NCBI GenBank assembly: GCA_964016885.1
Contig: OZ024745.1
Span: 47,926,001 to 47,990,000, forward strand
From: Eledone cirrhosa
Taxonomy: Eukaryota
Direction: 5' to 3'
Length of the DNA: 64,000 nucleotides
Shown here: in pieces, positions 13,827 to 25,882 of the stretch
Layout: each line of letters begins with the position of its first letter
Numbering within the stretch: the stretch's first letter is position 1
Program-made: the position numbers and the translations under genes
The notes under the pieces: model-generated
What the model was told of the DNA's origin: nothing
Seen by the model: only the letters and a program-made list of their open reading frames with translations
The model's database searches: none

Positions 13827-14689
13827 GACATATATATACACATGTATCTGTAAATGGATGCATACCAATAATCACAAAAGTTATGGATGTATGTATATGT
13901 ATATGCAGGGAAAAACATGAACAACAGGTTGTTCAATAAGGATAGTGAGAACTATATTCATATATATGAGTGTGGTTCCCATAGTCAAGGTTATCATCTT
14001 AATGATTGGCATCTATCATTGACTTGGTAAAACTGATATTAACTCTATCAATAACATTATCACCATCACACTTTTTTTTAAAATCAACATGTTTGCAATC
14101 ATTTTCTTCATAATTTTAATTCACTTCATATAACACCTCTTTCCAATATTAACAAGTCTTACTCCTATGTTGCCATTGTAAATGTGTGGATATAATCTGC
14201 AATGTATATTTAATGTTACATTGATATGTAGTTGACATTTCTATAAGGTGCACTGGAAATTGTGGAGGAGGGATGGTTCTCTGGGTGGAGTTTGAGGAGG
14301 GATTAACTATGAGACAGTTCTGATTTCGTGGTTTTATCACAAATAAAATAATGGGGGGAGGTGCTCTCTAGTCTTGAATGACAACTCTCCTAAAAGACGG
14401 AAACTAAAATATCAAACCAGGATTACAGGAGTCCTTTATCCTTGGGTGGAGATCCTGTTAGTGATGGTGTCATGGAAAAAAAAATACCAGTTGGTGAACA
14501 CCTTAAAACACTTCCCGCAAATTTAAAAGAAAAATAAATAATAGAGATGAAGTAAAAAATAATGACATGAATGATACAGAAACCACCAATGATGAAGGGG
14601 TTACATCTGGTAGGTGTCTCACTGTGCAGCAGAGTGGGCCTGGTCACTAACCAACAACTAAGCAAGTAAGACTGAGTGAGAGCAACAAG

Positions 14690-15870
14690 TGAATATTGTA
14701 GTCATGGAGTACTACAATATGAGTAACACTGTTAATGATAAAGGAAAACCAATCAGAGGATATAAAGAATGCACAGACAATGGAGGGAAAAGGGAATGTT
14801 TGAAACAACTAAACAATAAATATATATCCAAGTTAGAGTGATTAGAAAGAATGGGTGGTTAACTGATGTAGAACTTCAGTTAATCAAAAGAAGGGTTTTT
14901 GACATGGAGAGTGAAAGGTCTGAAGAAGCTGAAAATGGAGAATATGGGAATGTGACAAATGAAGAAACTGTAAACGAAGCTGCTGAGGAGGATCTCCATA
15001 GTGAGATAGATGTGCCTGAAGAAGAAAACCTTTCACAAAAACATTGTGACAGAATAATAGTAAAACCCATTGAAGAGGACAACTATATCTGTAACCTAAG
15101 GAAGGTTGATCAGTGGAACTTAAACCAGGAAACAATGAAAGTGAATGAAGACTTAAAAAACATACATTACAAATAACATGACTGAGACCAACAATTTGTT
15201 CAGGGTGGCAAATATCATAGGAGGGAATAATATGAGTGGCCACAAAGAAATCGGAAAGAAAAAGAAGGGGAAAAAACATCAAACAAAAATACACTGAGCA
15301 ATGGTGGAAAAGATGAATGCAGCAAAGTATTAAAACACTTGTGAAAGACATTTCAGTATTAAACAGAAAAATCATAAAAGTATGGAAAAAATAGAAGACC
15401 AATTTAACACGCGATGGACAAATTTGGCATACAATTGAAATCAGGAGAGGCATATTCCAGGGAAATAATTTGTCTCCATTGTTGTTTGTACTGTGCATGG
15501 TGCTTCTGACAATGATCCTGAAAAGAGCTAAAGCAGGGTATGAATTTAGGGGACAACAGCAAAGGGTCCATCAGCTATTATTCATTGATGATCAGAAATT
15601 ATATGGAAAAGATGAATCCCAAATTCGTTCACTTACAGACACAGTGCATGGCTTTAGTTTGAACATCTGAATGGAATTTGCCTTACAGATATATGTGGTG
15701 TACTCATTCTGAAGTGAGTCAAGATCAAACACATGAATGGAATAGCAATACCCTCAGGAGATATCATGAAGCATGTAGATAACGGCTACAAATATCTGGG
15801 AATTTTGGAAAAGGATAACTTGATGGAACAGGAAATAAAAACTAAGTTTACAGAAGAATACTTTAGGTAT
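14690..15870 (+). mobile_element. Degenerate, internally deleted RLE-type non-LTR retrotransposon (R4/Dong/NeSL-like)
   Basis: N-terminal IRKNGWLTDVELQLIK; RT motifs IRRGIFQGNNLSPLLFVLCM and HQLLFIDDQKLYGK, then GYKYLGILE; several stops and frameshifts. Confidence 0.75.
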
Positions 15871-18800
15871 ATTATATTCATAATACAAAAATGCTCATTT
15901 TAAAATGTCCATATTCATATTAAAACCTTCCATCATGATTTTATTTAAGAAATGTTTATTCAGTTATGTTTCAAACATCAGCTTACTAATGAAAGGGTTA
16001 TAGTTATCTCATTAAATTCTTCAAATTTTCAAAATTACTTGATACACATAGGCAGTGTATTTCATTAGAAATATGGTAACAAATGTGGAAAACACTGTTT
16101 TTACTCCACAATAAATCTGGAAATGTTAATGACACATAATAGGGTTGAAGATTACATTAATCATTTTTATGTTGAACTCTTTTCAAAATTTATCAACTCA
16201 AAATGAAGGTGAGTCTACAATTACAGTGTCTTTGAGGCTGGGAAATATGCTAATTTAATATCATAGGCACTGGATTTGATAATCAATCTGATGGATGAAG
16301 ATCTGTTGTTACATTGATGGTGTTAATGACAATAATATAGAGGAATTTTAAAATGCTAATAACTTCATTCAGATTTATCATCTCATTTTCATTACAAGAT
16401 TTGCAAATAGCTTCAACTAATGAATCATCTAAGAAGTTACATTTGTTCAAAATATTGCTAGAAGCCAAACTATAAACAGGAAAATTAATAATATAATGGC
16501 AGGTGCAACAATCAAGGTATTCTTGCCAGAAGAAATTTATTAAAAGAAAGTAAACACACGATGGTGCCTGTGTGTCACATTAACAAATCTATATTATAAT
16601 AACTGGACAGCTTTTTCTCCATCTGCTATAATCTGTTGAACACATTCTGAAATTCATGGAACATAAATGTAAGACAAAGGAGGAGGGAGCAAAATGTAAA
16701 ACTTTCTCTACCATGTGTTTATTTATCTATCTATATAAAAAAATAACACTACATTTGATAATAGTTTAATATTTTTCATGCAGTAGAGATGTTGCCACAA
16801 TAAAAAGCACCCAGTCAACCCTACAAAGTGGAAGGGCATCCAGCTATAGAACACCAAGCCAAAATGGATAGTATAAGCAAAACAGTCACTTCATCTGTAG
16901 TAAGACTATATATGAAAAGGAAGTATGTAAAACAAGTGAATTTCGATGGAGGTCATTTGCGGTCAATAATCTAAGTAGACCAAACAGTACAGTGTTAATG
17001 AGGAAAAGAGGTGAGCTATTTTTTCTGGTGTGTAAGAGAGCTAGGGAGAAGGGCAACAATCCAATATGACTTCAGATGTGAGAACATTTTTGAAATTAAA
17101 AAAGAAATCTAAGACTCACAAATGTAATCTTGGTTATGTAATCATGTAATTGCTTGATCGTTCATTGTAAATAATTGTTTCTACTTTTGGCACAAGGCCA
17201 GCAATTACCCCAGTGTATTACTGGTACTTTATTTTATCGACCCCGTAAGGATGAAAGGCAAAGTTAACCTCGGCCCTTGTAAATAATGGGATGGTTTTAG
17301 GTGTTTTATGAGAAGTGGTGTGTTTTGATGATGTTAGTGGTATTAATGAAGGAATAAAGAATGGTTAACATATCCTGATGGTCAGTTTGTGTACGTTTAT
17401 TAGAGAAATCTATAGGAATTGCATCACAGTCTGGTGGAAATCCTATTAACACAGTTTCATGGCAATCTATATGTTCAGTTAGTTATTTCTATTACTGATT
17501 GAACAGTAAAGATGGGGTGAGGAGGATATTTGTATAAATAAAGCAAAAAACATTAAAAAAATAAATAAACAATACATTTCATTAAGTAACTATTAAACAG
17601 AAACACGAAAACATACTGCCACTAGCTAACATTAATCTGATAATTTTTGGTATATGTTAATCCAGATATAAATCTACTTATGATAGTTTGGAAGGTGTAG
17701 AAGTGAGGAACTGACATGGATTACACAGCCATAAACCTAACTTAAAACATCAATACTTGAACTTGTGCTACAAGATTGCATAACAATTTACTGAACTCAG
17801 ACTTTGCTCAATGTACAACCATTTAATTACATAATTGGATGGAATATTTCAAATGATTTTGTATTACTAATAGAGCCATCAACACCGGATAGAAATTGTG
17901 TTGGTATTCTTCAATGTAGCATGACAACCTAATGTCTTTTATAGCAGACAATTAACAAACAACTCAATAAAACAGACCCATACCCCACCCTCTTTATACA
18001 TGAACATAGAACTAAAACCTAACTCCCTGCAAATGTTTGCTTTACAAATCCAGGTAAGTCTTAGTCAGTTTGGTATCAAAAGGGTTAAAATAAAATAAAA
18101 TAAATATTTTATTTTATTTGCTCATAAAGCAAACGAAAATTCAAATTCGACAAGGCAGTTACAAATAAACTAAAAAAATAACATGTTTAGATAAATTTAG
18201 TTTGCATATAACATAACAAATAAATTATTCCTTGTGGTCATAGAAGTTTGTGTAGTATCTTGTAAACTAGTTGCATTTTAAGCATTGAATATTTTACATT
18301 GGCAGGCAAGTTTGGTTCTCAATAATGAAAATGTGAATTCCTTACTATTGTGTGATGTCTTGGTTAAGTGTCTTCTACTGTAGCTTTGAGCAGACATAAT
18401 AAACCTTTAGTGAAACAGGACATTCATCATCAAAACCTGTGAAGAATCTATTTACTTTTTTTAATCTTTTTTACAATGTTGATCTTACAAGGAAATGTTT
18501 GACATGTTTCTATTGTTGGTCATCCGGTAGACAATAAATAATGTGTTAGGAAGGACCTTCAGTTGCAGAAACCATGCCAAAATGGAATGTATGAGCAAGG
18601 CCTGGTCATCTGACCTGACTGTCAAATCTCAGTACATGACAACCCATCTAAGTTAATGACAACATGGAAAATAGATGTAAAATGGTGATAATGATGATGA
18701 AATGGGAACTGACCATGCAAGATACATAATAAATAAAAGTTGAATCAAAACTGGCAGTGAGCTCAATGAAGAACTTAATATGCAAATGAGTGTTCAGCAA

Positions 18801-19454
18801 AATACACTTCATGTTAGTCAGGGAGCTTCAAGCTCACTTGACCTGTTAAATATGGCTATCAAATAACCACATGACCATCTAACGAACAAATGAGAGAGGT
18901 CTATGTGGTCACTTAACCTGAACTAGCATACTAAAGTAAGAAACTTGGAGAGAGAAAGAGAGAGTTTTATTTTAATATCTGAGTTTTCATTATGTGAAAT
19001 AAAACCTTTACCATGAAAATACAATAGTAAATAGAGTAATGCAAATACTAAAGGGTTACATTTTTTTATCATTCTTACATATTTTTTGCCTTCTAATATG
19101 AAACCTGTAAAACTACAAAATCATACTTACATATATTTTTAAAAGAAGAAATTATTAGTCCTTAGATAATTCATTTCCAAGCATTACATTGTCTACTTTC
19201 TAAACCTGAGAGCATTGAAGTTTATCACACTATGTTTCAGCATTCATTAAATCAATATTTTCTACTCACTCCTAGACAGGTAATGCTAGTCAAAATCCAG
19301 TTTGAAAAAATGTTGTTGTAAATAGATTTTCTTTAAGAGGAGATAAAATAGCGAATGAGGATTATCTGCAGCGTAGTTATAACTAGTAAGCTAAGTAGGC
19401 ATCATCCAATAATGTGAAATAGTGAAATTACTTTTAGTAGCAGTATTTAATGGC

Positions 19455-20170
19455 TTCAGTTAGCCTCCATATATCCTCTGCATTTACCACCCATGCTTTA
19501 CTGCTATGCAACATCGCACTTCTCACATAGGCATCATACAATCCACTCATTACCTGTAAAGAAAATCCCTTTGTTATCAACAGAGGTAGTAAGTAGCTCT
19601 TTAAACTTTTATCAGCCAGTTAGTCTAGTTACTATGCTTTCAGAGTACCCCTTCCACTGCCAATTAGATCGCCCAAGTAACAGAAACTATCAACTAGTTC
19701 TATGGTACCTTCCTGGGATTGGAAAAGGTTCAATTCACTGCTGCCCCTGCTATACACTATTACTGTACATCTGCCATATGCAAAGTCTATATTTTTTGTT
19801 ACTTTTCCTATAATCCCACTACACCTCTTGTGTACTTTATACTGAGTAGTTATATAGTGTTCCAACCTACTCCTTTTCTACATATTAAGCATGGCCACTT
19901 TCCTGATGGAATCAGAGTCTTATCGTCTTTCCTACTTAGTAAAACTTTAGTCTTTGCTCGGTTTACCCTGAGCCTTTTGGAGTTCTGTTTCCACAACAGA
20001 AATTTCTTCTCAAGCTCTTCCAAAGATTCAGCTATAAAACAAGGTAATCTGCATAAGGAAGTTCCCATGGAGAGACAGTCTTAAGCACCTCTGTTATTGC
20101 CTGGAAAACTATAATAAACAAGTAGGGGCTGAGGATTGAGATTTGATAAACACCCACCTGCACAGTGAAT
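19455..20170 (-). mobile_element. Degenerate RTE LINE RT / zinc-finger fragment
   Basis: AKTKVLLS..GKWPCLICRKGVG and VHKRCSG..VDSFCYLGD in ORFs 19850..20068 and 19632..19865. Confidence 0.85.
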
Positions 20171-20179
20171 CAATGGATA

Positions 20180-20309
20180 TATTTCATATAAAAATGACTT
20201 CTACAGGACTTGAACTGTTTCATTCTTTTGAAGTCCTTATTTCTGATGATTTCAAATGAATGAAACAATTCTAATTCTAGTTCTGTCGAAGTAATTTCTA
20301 TATGAAATA
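20180..20309. repeat. Short fold-back (~55-bp arms) overlapping a degenerate hammerhead-like core
   Basis: tatttcatata...gaactgtttcattcttttgaagtc mirrored by gatttcaaatgaatgaaacaattc...tatatgaaata; CTGATGA at 20243. Confidence 0.7.
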
Positions 20310-20442
20310 AGTAAATATGTATCTTCTCTACTAAGTATTTAACTATTCCCTTTTGTTGTTCTTCAGAAAGCCATTAATCATTATTTTACATATCTTTACC
20401 AAGCTGGGGGTGGGTTGGATGGATTGTTACAGACCAAGTCAG

Positions 20443-21424
20443 TTGTTTGTGGCATATATTAATGACATAGATGCCAACTTAAGGAATGCCACAGTACTAA
20501 AGTACGCAGACGACATCAAGCTCTACCTTGAGATAAAAAGGACAGATCCTGAACACTATAGATCTTGCTTGCAGTCTGACCTGGACACAATGCAACAGTG
20601 GATCTCAAACTGGCAACTCAAGCTAGCTGTGGACAAGTGCACCACCATGCATTTTGGGAGTAAAAACCCAGCGTCCACATACTCCCTCCACAGCACTAAT
20701 ATCAAGAAGTCTTCCTGTGAACGTGACCTGGGCATTACGGTCAGCAGCGATTTGCGTTGGACGAGGCACGTCTCTAAAATTGTCAAGACGGCCGAGGGTG
20801 TCTTAGCATCACTCAGCAAGACCTTTGTCAGCCGCTCTCCAGATATCTATTTAAGGCTGTATACAGCTATGGTGCGACCACACTTAGAATTTGCATCACC
20901 AGTCTGGAACCCCTATCTTGCTCAGGACATTGACCGCCTGGAAACTGTTCAGAGACGTGCAACCAAGCGAATACCCTCCATCAGGCATCTACCATACTCT
21001 GAGCGCCTTGCTTCCCTGGGCATGGATACATTGAAGCTCCGACGCCTGGCAACTGACTTGGTAAACACCCACAAAATTGTTAACCATGTTGCCAACAACA
21101 ACCCTGAGTGCCTTTTCGATTTCCATGTGTCTAACACACGTGGACATGCCCACAAAGTAAGAAAACAGCACAGTTCCCATGACTTTCGGAAACATTTTTT
21201 CACGCTCAGAGTTGCTGAAGCATGGAACAAACTACCTGCATCAGTTGTTAGCTGTCGAGACACTGCATCCTTTAAGGCCTCCATGCTTCCCGAGATCCGC
21301 CAACACTACAGCTAACACATACAAACATGTACTTCCCTGGCATTTGTGTATTATTCTATGTACTATATTGACGAGTTGTAGTGCACCTGAGCACTTTACA
21401 CAATAATTTCATTATTATTATTAT
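20443..21424 (+). mobile_element. 5'-truncated CR1-clade LINE with uninterrupted RT C-terminal frame
   Basis: ORF 20353..21315: YINDID, KYADDIK, ERDLG, RPHLEFASPVWNPY, VQRRATK, TRGH; (ATT)n tail. The first ~30 codons of the ORF are flank. Confidence 0.93.
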
Positions 21425-22169
21425 AATCGGGGTTTATGTCTCACTCAGTACATTTCATTTTTGAAATGTGGAAGCTATTCTTAACACCAAATGATCTGAG
21501 TATAAATACTTCAAACAGTGGAATAAATTTAATGCTGTGAATACAAGTCTTGTTAGAGATGAAATATTATTTGACATTACATTTCATCTCTCTCTGACAA
21601 AGGGTCCAGCCAGAAACATTAGGCTTGTGTTCTTCACACCATAAAATGCATTCTACTATTTAAACTGTTTATAGATATCAAACTGCATGAAAAAAAAAAA
21701 GTATCTAGATAAAAATAAACATTTTAAAATAAAGTTTAGTGTTGTAGAACCAGGGGTAGCTTCAGGTATCAAAAGGGTATGCTCTAATCTCACCAATTCA
21801 AATTTACTCTCCCCTTAGCCAAACAATTTTAGATACTAAAAAAAAATAAAAAAAATAAAATTAAATAAAAAAAAAAAAAAATAATAATAATAATAATAAA
21901 CATACTTTACAGACTGCGTGTGCTGCCAGACAGTGGAGTAAGGGTTTTATAGTACATTTCTCCTTTTCATCAATAATCATAGAAAATAAGATAAAGCAAG
22001 AAGTTTGCCAAAAAAGAGAGAAAACAAAGTTAGTTATATCCTCCCTTCTCTTTAAAATTCTAAACATGGCATTCCCTTCCAAGTAAATATATTTCATCTC
22101 TCAGAAGCTTTATATATGCACACACAGTGTTTCATCATCAACACCACCATTTTGTGTGTGTGTGAAGTG

Positions 22170-22470
22170 AAGGCACACGGCTTAGTGTTGGGCTTACAAT
22201 CATGAGTTTGATTCCCAGGCCAGGTTATGTGCTATGTCCCTGAGCAAGACACTTTATTTCACATGGCTCCAGTTCACTCAGCTGTAGAAATGAGTTGTGA
22301 TGCCACTGGTGCCAAGCCTTTGCCTTTTCCTTGGACAACATTGATGGCATGGAGAAGGCAGACTGGTATGCATGAGCAACTGATGGTCTTCCACAAACAA
22401 CCTTGCCTGGAGGGGAACTTTCTAGGTGAAAATCCCATGGTTATTCGTGACCAAAGGGGTCTTTATCATT
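22170..22470 (+). mobile_element. tRNA-derived CORE-type SINE
   Basis: ggcacacggcttagtg head, gtttgattccc B-box remnant, ctgagcaagacactttatttcac CORE-like segment. Confidence 0.75.
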
Positions 22471-22608
22471 TATATATATATATATATATGTGTTTGCAGG
22501 ATATATCCATAGATAAAAAGCCAAGGAAAACAATGCTCAATCTAGTACAAGAGAGCTTATTGAGTATATATTAAAATTTTATACACTTAACATGTATGCG
22601 CAACCTTA

Positions 22609-22714
22609 GGTTTTGGGGTCCAGTTATGGCCACCACTGTATAGTGGAGGAGCCGTTCTAAGACTGGCCTTTCTCGTCAGGCGCAAGGGCAAAATTTAAAG
22701 GAAAACTGGTCTTA
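22609..22714 (+). ncRNA. Candidate degenerate HDV-like ribozyme in a retroelement 5'-UTR-like fragment
   Basis: P2 TAAGACTGG (22658-66)/CTGGTCTTA (22706-14); P3 CCT/AGG closing L3 TTCTCGTC; weak P1 TTTTGGG/CGCAAGG; J4/2 lacks the catalytic C. Confidence 0.5.
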
Positions 22715-23721
22715 TCTCATGGAGAGTTCTGCCCAAGAACAAGGGAGGTAACCCTAAAAAACAACCTAAATTATAATGCTACAGCACTACAAGCTTTGAA
22801 TCGATTGTAGGTATATGTGCCCAAGTTATAAGTAAATCGGTATGTATGTGTAATCTGCATGTGACTAAAATTTTAAGTTATTTTTCAAAAGATCTTAAAG
22901 GAGCTCGCTACAATACAGAAAAGATTGTATATTGTAGACTGTTTGCCCTTAAAGCCCAAGGGAGGTAATTCTCACCGAGAAATTTGGGGGAATTTTTTTT
23001 CTTCGCATATACATATTCAGGTATGAATAGAATTGTATGAGTGTTATCTAGTGCATAATGTAATTTTCTTAAGGTTAAACCTCTTTAAAAAAAAAAAAAA
23101 AATTATTCTAACACTTTCTTAAAGAATTAAAACCTGAACACACAAAAAAGCTTTGTGATGTGGTGTATATCTTGTGTGTTTGAATGGACATTATGTGTGC
23201 ATATTTTGTGCATGTATAGGTGACAGAAAAATAGGCCTATTTAAAAAATGAAATCCATTTTGCTCTACAACATCAAGATTTTTCACAAACTCAAATATAC
23301 ATTTTTCAACATTTCCAGTTTTGTCACCATTTCTAAGGATAGATTTGGCTTCATTCAATGCAGATCCATGTATGGAGGTTGACATAACTTTGAATATAGA
23401 TTTTCAATATCATTTAAAATAAATGCAACAACAAAAGTCATGATTTAAGAATCTTCAGTAAATATAAAGCATCCCATTTTAAATGTCATGATGACAGAAA
23501 TATCCTTTATACAATTAGATGTTAATAAATCATTACATGTCTCATATTGGTGGAATTTACTGTCTGCAGATATACCCACGCTGTGCTTCATTTAATGTGA
23601 CTATCATTGGAAACCAGGTGAGACATGTTTTGTGGGACCTTTAACTATTTCTTATGAAAATTGGCATTTTGAATGCACTTTTAATGTTGAAATTCTAAGG
23701 TCACATGGGTCAAGGTTTCAT

Positions 23722-24811
23722 TGAACATTCTGTAACACTAAAGGAAAACTACGACTGAATGAAAATAGTGCTTGAAAAGATGCAGTATGAGGAGCACAAC
23801 TGGACTATATGTGGGGACTTGAAAGTCATTGGCTTGCTTCTTGGTCAACAATATGGTTATACCAAGGATCCTTGCTTATTGTATATTTACGATAGTCAAG
23901 CAAAAGATGACCATTGGATACAAAAGACATCGCCAGACAGAAGGGAGCTCAAAATTGGAGAGAAGAATGTTTTAAACAGGCTGCCAGTTAATCCCAGAAA
24001 GGTTTTGCTTCCTCCATTGCATATCAGATATTTAAGAAGGTTTTTGACCTTGTCTTGTAAGAAAATTAAGGTTGGTGTGACAAACCAGATTAGGCAGCTA
24101 TTGCAGGGCAAGCAGTTTTTGGAGATCATGTTTGGTGTTGAAAACGAAGTGTGGAATGCTTTTGCTGTAGTTGTCTGATTTCTTTAGAAATAGGAAGTCG
24201 TCAAATTATGAATAACTTGTTCAGATCCTGTAAACCAATTTTCGAGCACTGGGCTGCAACATGAGTGTAAAATTGCATTTCCTGCAGTCATCTGGACTAC
24301 TTCCCTGAAAATATTGGTGCAATGAGTGATGAGCAAGGAAAACGATTCCACCAAAACATCAAGACCAAGGAGACTAGGTATCAAAGCATGTGAAACACAA
24401 ACATGATGGTTGACTACTGCTAGTGTCTGTAAAGAGACTGTTGCAATGCAAGTTATTCACGCAAAGCAGCAAAGAGAGGGTTCACTCTTTGAGTAGCCAA
24501 AACTCCAAATTCAACATAAATATCTGTCCTAAGATATGCAATTAGATATTTTGTGTAATATATTTGTTAAACAATAAAAAATACTATTTAATTTGTGTTA
24601 GTTTTTTTATTTCAGTATTGTATTAATAGCGAAATTGACATTTATTGGTAAAAAATGAATTCCTGTTTAAAAAAAAAACTTGACGTGATAGAAAATTTCT
24701 GAGAGTATTTCTGAACTCAGCACCACCAAATTAGGTAAGAACAACTGAACAAAACAAGACAACTAAACAAAACAAGACAACTAAAGCTTTTTTCGAAAAT
24801 GTTCCCCAGTG
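23722..24811 (+). mobile_element. Chapaev3-like (CMC superfamily) DNA transposon, 3' part of transposase and right terminus
   Basis: WTICGDLKVIGLLLGQQYGYTK, LLPPLHI, then MSVKLHFLQS.LDYFPENIGAMSDEQGKRFHQ across frameshifts; ends tgttccccagtg followed by TAA. Family assignment from recall of these motifs. Confidence 0.68.
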
Positions 24812-25108
24812 TAATATATATATATACTATAGGGTAAAGCATGTCCAGAGAATTATTTGATAATATATATACATCTCTACTCCCAATCAGCATAATTAAC
24901 CACACAAAAAAATCAATTAGACCAGGCTATAAGAATAAAAGGCACCTATGAAGAAACAGTAAATAAATACGCCACAACAGCGTCTTCGTGGCCCCCGCCA
25001 AACACGAATTCAAAATGGTTGAGAACTGTGACGTGGTGGTGGTCAAGTCAGGAAGGGTGTGATTGGTTGCTTACAGCGAGTGGGTTGGTTGCTAGAAAGC
25101 GCAGCCAC

Positions 25109-25290
25109 ATGACAAAAAGTACCCAGTCAACTCTGTAAAGAGGTAGTGCTGGGCCACGAAAAAAAAGAAGTACCCAAGTGCTGGTGCCACAAAAAAGAAC
25201 CCAGTCTACCCAGTAAGGTGGGCCTACTGGTGCCACAAAAAAAGCTCACAGTACACATTCTAAGCTAGCTGGCATTAGGAAGAGCATCCA
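25109..25290 (+). repeat. ~180-bp near-identical copy of SINE-derived sequence at 26272-26451
   Basis: atgacaaaaagtacccagtcaactctgtaa...ggcattaggaagagcatcca present at both sites with shared private variants. Confidence 0.9.
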
Positions 25291-25365
25291 CGTCACAGTT
25301 CTCAACCATTTTGAATTCGTGTTTGGCGGGGGCCACTTCGGAAAATAATCTGTCCTAGCGAGTTT

Positions 25366-25442
25366 GTCCCCTGATGAGCTCTAAACTCAGGATATCCTTA
25401 ATAAGATATCTCAAAATGTGAGCGAATCCCATGGGTCGGGAT
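25366..25442 (+). ncRNA. Type I hammerhead ribozyme motif (one core substitution)
   Basis: Stem I GTCCC/GGGAT, CTGATGA, stem II GCTC/GAGC, GAA-T (A15.1 replaced by U), palindromic stem III CCCATGGG, GTC triplet with cleavage position after 25437. Confidence 0.78.
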
Positions 25443-25849
25443 TTAGTGATTTAATCCTGGTATGTATATAAGCATTTCTAACTTTAATTTTTACCTAATT
25501 ATGTATGGTTGACCGTATATTTAATTAGTTTCCACGTGCTGTTGAAAGGTTGGGTAAATATTCTATAGCAGTTGGACGCGAAGACGCTGCTGTGGCGTAT
25601 TTATTTACTGTTTCTTCATAGGTGCCTTTTATTCTTATAGCCTGGTCTAATTGATTTTTTGTGTGGTTAATTATGCTGATTGGGAGTAGAGATGTATATA
25701 TATTATCAAATAATTCTCTGGACATGCTTTACCCTATAGTATTTTGCTCTGATTGTTTAATTTATTAATTCTTCATTGAGCCACATCGTGAATAGTTGCC
25801 AAAACACATATATACCTGTGACTTTGTTTAATTGGTGTATGTGTAAATA

Positions 25850-25882
<33 letters not shown>

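Larger units (their letters stand above)
24824..25860. mobile_element. Penelope-like pLTR / retrozyme-type composite insertion with inverted partial copy
   Basis: 24824-25036 is the reverse complement of 25288-25336 joined to 25579-25742; hammerhead at 25366-25442; GT-AG intron-like segment 25460-25568; (TA)n on both sides. No RT or GIY-YIG ORF visible. Confidence 0.65.

Noticed and set aside
22645-22690. Minus-strand CTGACGA as a hammerhead core
   Set aside because: Followed by GAAC with extra nucleotides and no stem I; the plus-strand HDV-like reading fits better.
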